Source: an uncultured archaeon
Lineage (GTDB): Archaea; Asgardarchaeota; Lokiarchaeia; Sigyniarchaeales; Promethearchaeaceae
Assembly: GCA_964426185.1 (NCBI GenBank)
Contig: CAYRPF010000002.1
Location: 1,387 to 33,386, forward strand
Direction: 5' to 3'
Length of the DNA stretch: 32,000 bases
Shown here: positions 26,402 through 32,000 of the stretch, one piece after another
How the letters are laid out: the number at the start of each line of letters is the position of its first letter
Numbering within the stretch: the stretch's first letter is position 1
Program-made: the position numbers and the translations under genes
The notes under the pieces: model-generated
The model's input: the letters and a program-made list of their open reading frames with translations, nothing else
Database searches by the model: none
Told to the model about the DNA's origin: nothing

Positions 26402-29173
26402 TTAATTTTTAACGACTTTTTTCTTGATATCGGTCAACTCTTGTGCCTCTTTAAATGCTGCCTCATAAACTTTCACTTTGAACCTATTATGAATGGGAGA
26501 AAGCTTCGCTCCAAATTTCACCATCGAATAATAAGCCCTAGCTAACCCTTTAACGCCTGTCACCATGTTGGTGGCAACATCTAGCTCATCCAAAGTATTG
26601 TTGCAGAAACCACCGAATAATCCATCAAAGAAGGCATAAACATATTCCATCCCGAACATACCGATCACAAACAGAATTACCGCATTGATGATGTTGTAAT
26701 CCCCTCCGAACATCACGTCAACCACCAAAATTACAATTCCTCGTAATATAAGATAATTTACCGCAGCAGAAATTAAGGGGGCTAAATAAGCCTGCCAAAC
26801 ATTCCAATCCCATTTATGTATCTTGGTTCGAATTAAAATCATTACCAGTACGTTTTTGATTGAGAGCGAGATGATATACGCAATAATAACTGCTTCCATT
26901 GTATGCATTTGGGCTAATAACACAAAAGTTAACACAGCCCTGATGAATTGCTCTACGATCCATGCGATTCCTGCATATATTGGTTTATTTGCAGCGGCAA
27001 ATTCATAATCCGCCTGCCAACTTGTTGGGCCTAACGCTTGAAAAAGCATCAATAAAGGAATTAATTCTGCGGCTCTTGCCCAATTCGGACCACTTGCCCC
27101 CAAGATAAACGGACCCCCAATTGCTAAAAAGGTAGAAACCAAATAAAATGTCCAAAGACTTCCCCATTTGGTTCCTGAAAAGGAAGTGTATCCATACAAG
27201 TTTTCTTTTTTATATTCATGCGCTTCGGTTAATCCACCCAGCATGGAACTCATAAGCAGAGCAATCGCTTGCGGTATAGTAGATACAGTATAAGCCAATT
27301 CAAAATATCCTTGTTCTGCACTACTGTTTGGTAGGTAAATTCCCACTAAAAATACTTGTAAAAGCCATCCCAAAGGAACCCACATTTGGCCTAATACCAT
27401 TTTACCTCCAAATTTTAATGTCTCTACAAATTCCGACTTATTAAAATCGGCGGTAAAAATTGGAAGTAATGGCAATTTGAGGCTTTTATACATCCCCATA
27501 GTAATTCCGAATAACACCCAATCGCCTAAGAGCAGTCCAACCAGCATTCCAATTCCCGCACCAAACGCAGGGCCATAAATCACATTATTAGCAAAGATGG
27601 TTTTGAAAATGGGCACGGTTGCAACTTGCAGAGCTAAGCGGAGCACAAATGCTTGCAATGCAAATGATATCATGCTGAAATCGGTGCGTTGGTATGCTTG
27701 GAAGAAGTATTGAAAAACTAAAAAGAATCCGGGAAATTGAATAAGCGAATGCACTACAAACATCCAAGATAAATAGGAAAAATTGGTATGTGGAAATATA
27801 ATCGAACCTAAAAAGGCTATGAAAAATATTTGAGCTACTCCTGAAAGTATTTCCCACCACATGAACAACTGTACGTAGTGATATGCTTTTTCTGGGCGTT
27901 CCAAACGGTGTTGGGCAAAGAATTTGGTAATGGCAAAATTAAAACCCATATCAAATACTAACCATATAGCTTCAAAGAAATGCAGCGTATAGGAATACCA
28001 TCCACTGGCCTGAGGATAAGGGTTTAAGTAGACGGGCATGATGAAAGAGGTAACCACGAGTTGAGGTATTAATAGAATGATCATCACAAAAAATAACTTG
28101 AAAAAGCCAGCGATCTGGCGATGCATTCCGATAACTTCCCATTTATTTTCTTTATCTACATAGATTTCCTTTTTAAGTTCTTCTTCAGGGATTTCTTCGG
28201 TAATTTTTTCTTCATCGCTGACAAAGATCTCTCTGTGTCCTTTTTTATGCTTTCGTGCGTAGGAATATGCAACCACTGAACCGATTCCAATCACACACAC
28301 AACAATTCCTAAAATTAGTTGTGCTTGAAAATGGGGCACAGGACTACCTATCCAATCTCCGTACTGGGGAATATTGGTATAGCTTATGGAAGATTGAGCA
28401 ACAGAATAGATATAGTAGTTGAAATATAACCATATCATGAAATGTTGATTGGAAGTGACATCATCGAAAGCGTTTTGAAACCAACCAGAAAATACGTAAA
28501 TATTTAAGTGATTATTGCTCCCTAATGATTTTCCAGCTAAAAGTGGATAATTTGTGGTGGTTACGTTTGCATCAGTCCACTGCATTTGAATGATAGTATC
28601 AACATCTGAAGATAAATCCGAAAAAAGTGTGAAATAAAAAGTTTCCGGAGCGGTGTTCCATACAATCGAGGATATAAAGGGAAGCTCACTATCTTTGTAT
28701 TCATCAGTCACCAAGGAGAGTCCTTTTTTCTCGTTTAATTCATCTGGTGTGGTAATATATCCAGAGTTATTCGTTAAAGCCGTAGAAGTAGTAATATCTA
28801 AACTAACCAACAGTGTGGAATTTGCGGTTAGGTTCGGACCCATAATAACCATTATTCCGTGATTGGAATCAGCACCCCAATTCACCAAATTCGCTTGTTC
28901 GGTAGATGATAGAAGTGCATCATTTATTACCACCACGTTGAAACTGGATAAATCGGAAAAATCGATGTTTGAGGGGTCTTGCACAGTAACATGCATAGTA
29001 TCTGAATCAATCATTAAAGCTTGAGCCACATTCTCCGTTGGATCACCTAAATAAAGGACTTCTGTAAGAGTTGAGCTCTGGGCTGCGGCATTGGAGAAAA
29101 ATATAGATCCTCCAAAAGAAATAATTAATAAACAAATGAGGGAATACGAGACCAATTTTGTTTTCTGAGTCAT
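26402..29173 (-). CDS. Secreted ectodomain fused to a MOP/MATE-superfamily (flippase-like) multi-TM domain
   Basis: Signal peptide ending AAA-Q, ~250-aa S/T/N-rich ectodomain, one TM, charged linker, then about 14 TM helices with FDMGFNFAITKF (Wzx/MurJ-like). Confidence 0.7.
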   Translation of the reverse strand: MTQKTKLVSYSLICLLIISFGGSIFFSNAAAQSSTLTEVLYLGDPTENVAQALMIDSDTMHVTVQDPSNIDFSDLSSFNVVVINDALLSSTEQANLVNWGADSNHGIMVIMGPNLTANSTLLVSLDITTSTALTNNSGYITTPDELNEKKGLSLVTDEYKDSELPFISSIVWNTAPETFYFTLFSDLSSDVDTIIQMQWTDANVTTTNYPLLAGKSLGSNNHLNIYVFSGWFQNAFDDVTSNQHFMIWLYFNYYIYSVAQSSISYTNIPQYGDWIGSPVPHFQAQLILGIVVCVIGIGSVVAYSYARKHKKGHREIFVSDEEKITEEIPEEELKKEIYVDKENKWEVIGMHRQIAGFFKLFFVMIILLIPQLVVTSFIMPVYLNPYPQASGWYSYTLHFFEAIWLVFDMGFNFAITKFFAQHRLERPEKAYHYVQLFMWWEILSGVAQIFFIAFLGSIIFPHTNFSYLSWMFVVHSLIQFPGFFLVFQYFFQAYQRTDFSMISFALQAFVLRLALQVATVPIFKTIFANNVIYGPAFGAGIGMLVGLLLGDWVLFGITMGMYKSLKLPLLPIFTADFNKSEFVETLKFGGKMVLGQMWVPLGWLLQVFLVGIYLPNSSAEQGYFELAYTVSTIPQAIALLMSSMLGGLTEAHEYKKENLYGYTSFSGTKWGSLWTFYLVSTFLAIGGPFILGASGPNWARAAELIPLLMLFQALGPTSWQADYEFAAANKPIYAGIAWIVEQFIRAVLTFVLLAQMHTMEAVIIAYIISLSIKNVLVMILIRTKIHKWDWNVWQAYLAPLISAAVNYLILRGIVILVVDVMFGGDYNIINAVILFVIGMFGMEYVYAFFDGLFGGFCNNTLDELDVATNMVTGVKGLARAYYSMVKFGAKLSPIHNRFKVKVYEAAFKEAQELTDIKKKVVKN

Positions 29174-29263
29174 TAATAATCTCCTTTCATTGAATTCGTT
29201 AAAAATACAAAAAATGAGTTATTATATGATCTTTTGTGAAGTAAGCTTAAAAAAACTCCTTTC

Positions 29264-29301
29264 GAAAAATCGAAAAAGTGAAAAATCGAAAAAGTGAAAA
29301 A
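29264..29301 (-). repeat. 16-bp tandem repeat of T5 tracts, probable terminator
   Basis: GAAAAATCGAAAAAGT about 2.4 times, immediately after the stop of ORF 29302..30378. Confidence 0.7.
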
Positions 29302-30378
29302 CTAAACTCTGTATTCTTCAATTTTCTGCATTATCTCTGGATCTTGCTGGATGGTTATATCAGTCCATTGGTTATTAATCCTTGAATTTCTCACTTCTAC
29401 TATATAATCACCAGAAATAGCATCAGAATACCGTAAAGTTAATTGTGCTGCAAACTTAATCTGAGCGTCGGTTTTTGGTGCTTGCACAAGTGTACTTGGA
29501 CCTTTAATATTTTTCACCGATAAAATTACATCCGATTTTTGAGCCCATGTTTCTAACATCTTATTTTCCTGTTCATCTTTTCCAACAATAATTTTTGCAC
29601 CTTCATAGCGAAAATGACGACCGATCTTTAAATATTTCATATGTTTCATCTGTGGGACAGGATTATTATCAAAATAATCCCGCAGTTTTCGTGCAAAATT
29701 TTTATCTGTGAGCCGACAACCCCCTCCCGCGCAATATTGCTGAATTAACTCATAATTTTTTCCTAATTCTACTTGAATATTACGTCTACGTCCATGAATT
29801 GCCAGTAATTTCTCTCGATCAACAATCCCTTCCTTTTCTATATCTGTTGGGGGTAATAACTTCGCAGAGAGTGGTCTTAGGATTTTTCCTTCCATATTTG
29901 CGGCTCGTTCTATGGTTTGTAGTGCATGCAACATTTGAGATTTTGGACGTTGACCTAAAACTTCTCCTGTAACTACAAATTTTGCCCCAATTTCTTTCAT
30001 GTATGCTTTTGTTTTTTCTAATATGTGAATACGGCAGTCAATGCAAGGATTCATATTTTTTCCATAACCGAATTTAGGGTTTTTAACGATCTCTAAATAA
30101 TCATCGCCTTTTGAAATTGTTTTAATAGGAATTCTCAAGCGAGATGCAAAGTATACCGCACCACATTGGTTATACTTGCTGTTGGATGAGCAGGTGCAAA
30201 ATGGAGAGTGAAAATTAAGAGCTACGACATTAATCCCTTGGTCAATTACCAATTTTGCTGCAATTGCGCTATCTAATCCTCCAGAAAGAAGAACAATTGC
30301 TTTGGGTGCAGAAGGGTTCTTATCTAATGAATTTTCTGATGATTCTTGAATTAAGCGGAGATCTGGGATTTCATTCAT
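29302..30378 (-). CDS. PP-loop tRNA sulfurtransferase-like protein (ThiI/MnmA-related, no THUMP; C-terminal DUF814/NFACT-R-like)
   Basis: LLSGGLDS, FCTC, NPCIDCR, TGEVLGQRPKSQ, LRPLSAKLL, GGCRLTD, GRHFR. Confidence 0.8.
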   Translation of the reverse strand: MNEIPDLRLIQESSENSLDKNPSAPKAIVLLSGGLDSAIAAKLVIDQGINVVALNFHSPFCTCSSNSKYNQCGAVYFASRLRIPIKTISKGDDYLEIVKNPKFGYGKNMNPCIDCRIHILEKTKAYMKEIGAKFVVTGEVLGQRPKSQMLHALQTIERAANMEGKILRPLSAKLLPPTDIEKEGIVDREKLLAIHGRRRNIQVELGKNYELIQQYCAGGGCRLTDKNFARKLRDYFDNNPVPQMKHMKYLKIGRHFRYEGAKIIVGKDEQENKMLETWAQKSDVILSVKNIKGPSTLVQAPKTDAQIKFAAQLTLRYSDAISGDYIVEVRNSRINNQWTDITIQQDPEIMQKIEEYRV

Positions 30379-30530
30379 AATCTGGACAAAATTTGGGGTC
30401 TACTTGGATTTTTAGGTTATAAAGTATAAATTTGATAATTAAAATACGCTTTTTTTTAAGAGCTCCCAAGATTTTTTAAGAGGAAGTTTCTTCAGTTAAT
30501 AGAAGCAATATTTTACATGGTTGGGATAAA

Positions 30531-31520
30531 ATGCAACAATTAAAAGAAGCTGCAGCAAAAATAACCTCTCTAGAGATTCAAGGTGCCACCAATATTGCGA
30601 TATATGCGATTAAAGAGTTTATTTCCTTTACAAAACGCCATAGTAATTTGGATAACTTCTCTCTTTGGCAGAAATTGTTGATGGCTGAAAGAATTTTCTC
30701 AAACGCACGTAGCACCGAACCAGCTATGCGTAATGGGCTTATCTTTATTCTTGGAAAAATTCAGCACGATCAAAAGCAAGGAATCGAAGTATCGTTAGCT
30801 AAAATGGTTGAAATTTATGGAAATGAATATATCAGCATTTTGAAAGCTTCTAAAGCACAAATTGCAAAGTTCGGTGCTCGATTGATCCCAGAAAGTACCA
30901 AAGATCCTATTGTAGTGCAGACTCACTGTCATAGCAGTATAGTGGAAGCAATTTTGATAGAAGCAAAAAAACTTGGCCGCAATTTCAAAGTAATCTCCAC
31001 GGAAACTCGCCCATTTTATCAAGGACGAATAACAGCACAAAATCTAATCTCACATGGTATTCAAGTTACTCAAGTTGTGGATAGTGCAATGCGTTGGGCG
31101 GCTCGTAATTTAGGCTCTGAAATTATTATTATTGGAGCCGATGCAGTAACCAGTGAAGGAACCGTACTTAACAAAATAGGCTCTCGTCTGTTAGCCTTGG
31201 TTGCTCATGAGGAGCACATCCCTTTTTACGTTGCCACGCCCCTATTAAAGTATAATCCTGGAACTGCCTTTGGGAATTACGAGAAAATTGAAATGCGAGA
31301 TAATCATGAAATATTCAAGGATTGGCCTCAAAAGCCGAAAAAATTGGAAGTATTAAATCCTGCCTTTGAAACTGTCAATCGTTTGTATATTTCTGGGGTA
31401 ATTACTGAAGCGGGTATTTTTCCCAGCGGACAAGTGCATAATAATTTTCAAAATGTCTATCCTTTCCTGCACCATGCTTATCAATTAATTGAGCACGACA
31501 ATTTAGAATTCAAAGTTTAA
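30531..31520 (+). CDS. Ribose-1,5-bisphosphate isomerase (eIF2B-like family)
   Basis: LEIQGA, RSTEPAMRN, catalytic THCHS, ETRPFYQG, GADAV, NKIGS, NPAFE; adjacent to RuBisCO. Confidence 0.9.
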   Translation: MQQLKEAAAKITSLEIQGATNIAIYAIKEFISFTKRHSNLDNFSLWQKLLMAERIFSNARSTEPAMRNGLIFILGKIQHDQKQGIEVSLAKMVEIYGNEYISILKASKAQIAKFGARLIPESTKDPIVVQTHCHSSIVEAILIEAKKLGRNFKVISTETRPFYQGRITAQNLISHGIQVTQVVDSAMRWAARNLGSEIIIIGADAVTSEGTVLNKIGSRLLALVAHEEHIPFYVATPLLKYNPGTAFGNYEKIEMRDNHEIFKDWPQKPKKLEVLNPAFETVNRLYISGVITEAGIFPSGQVHNNFQNVYPFLHHAYQLIEHDNLEFKV

Positions 31521-31576
31521 GCACAATTTTTTTTTTCGCACTTTCTTATTATTAATACATTATAGGAGATAAAAAA

Positions 31577-32000
31577 ATGCTCGAAGTTGAAAATTGGGAG
31601 TTTTTTCCCGAACAAATTACCTTACCAATCGTTGAATGCAACCGTTATGATGCATACGGTTTAAAAGTACCGGATCCAGAATTAATTGATGAAGCTATGC
31701 GCACCCGTCTTGGACCTTATTTATTGGATTCTGTGAATTCAGTTGATTTTGAGAAATTTCGCCAAAAATATATCATTATGTATGTTTCGATTAGCCCTAA
31801 ACTTCGTGAAGGATGGTCGTTGCGCTATGGCTTATTTAGAGCTGCTTTGGAAATTGCCGCAGAAGAATCTACAGGAACATGGGATCCTGATTTAAAGACA
31901 ATCGTTCCAGGTGAAATGGATGAGCAATCACAAGCTAATATGAAAATTTTACCTGCAAAAATAATAGGTTTAAACTTTTTTAATGGAATGGCAGCAATTG
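31577..32000 (+). CDS. rbcL: RuBisCO large subunit / RuBisCO-superfamily protein (3'-truncated, not in the ORF track)
   Basis: RBS AGGAGA (31564-69), ATG 31577, open to the window end; contains IAAEESTGTW (canonical AAESSTGTW, 31856-31882); follows R15P isomerase. Confidence 0.85.
   Translation, partial: MLEVENWEFFPEQITLPIVECNRYDAYGLKVPDPELIDEAMRTRLGPYLLDSVNSVDFEKFRQKYIIMYVSISPKLREGWSLRYGLFRAALEIAAEESTGTWDPDLKTIVPGEMDEQSQANMKILPAKIIGLNFFNGMAAI

Noticed and set aside
397-31040. Short alternative-frame and antisense ORFs (e.g. 1220..1549, 4743..5135, 10379..10735, 14381..14701, 16759..16983, 17133..17342, 25147..25329)
   Set aside because: They overlap well-supported genes or low-complexity tracts and show no motifs; treated as shadow ORFs.
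30531-31520. eIF2B subunit or methylthioribose-1-phosphate isomerase
   Set aside because: THCHS/ETRP motifs, the short N-terminus and RuBisCO adjacency fit R15P isomerase better.

Overview
AT-rich archaeal window, very probably from an Asgard (Lokiarchaeia/Promethearchaeum-like) genome. This assignment is inferred from the co-occurrence of Rag-like and Rab-like small GTPases, longin/roadblock domains, 7TM-longin fusions, a GOLPH3/GPP34 protein, an archaeal tRNA-Pro without encoded CCA, an archaeal RecJ-like nuclease and an R15P isomerase-RuBisCO pair. About 27 CDSs: partial DHH/RecJ-like nuclease, three 7TM proteins (two fused to longin-like domains), ureohydrolase, glpAB, orphan Type III-like DNA methyltransferase, a head-to-head Rag-like (degenerate) / Rab-like Zn-ribbon GTPase pair, SAM methyltransferase, GPP34, NUDIX, LarA-like protein, HEPN-MNT toxin-antitoxin, FlaR-like kinase, DUF1624 acyltransferase, Cys-nucleophile alpha/beta hydrolase, OYE, MBL hydrolase, ectodomain-MOP flippase fusion, PP-loop tRNA sulfurtransferase-like protein, R15P isomerase, and the 5' part of a RuBisCO large subunit with an N-terminal extension (missed by the ORF track). 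Best candidates for novelty: (i) the pseudo-Rag/Rab/GOLPH3 cluster and the 7TM-longin receptor-like proteins (a possible membrane-to-GTPase signalling system), and (ii) a structured non-coding element at about 16984-17192 (three-way junction plus a duplicated hairpin with G-U pairs). All family calls come from motif recognition by eye; no database searches or folding programs were run.
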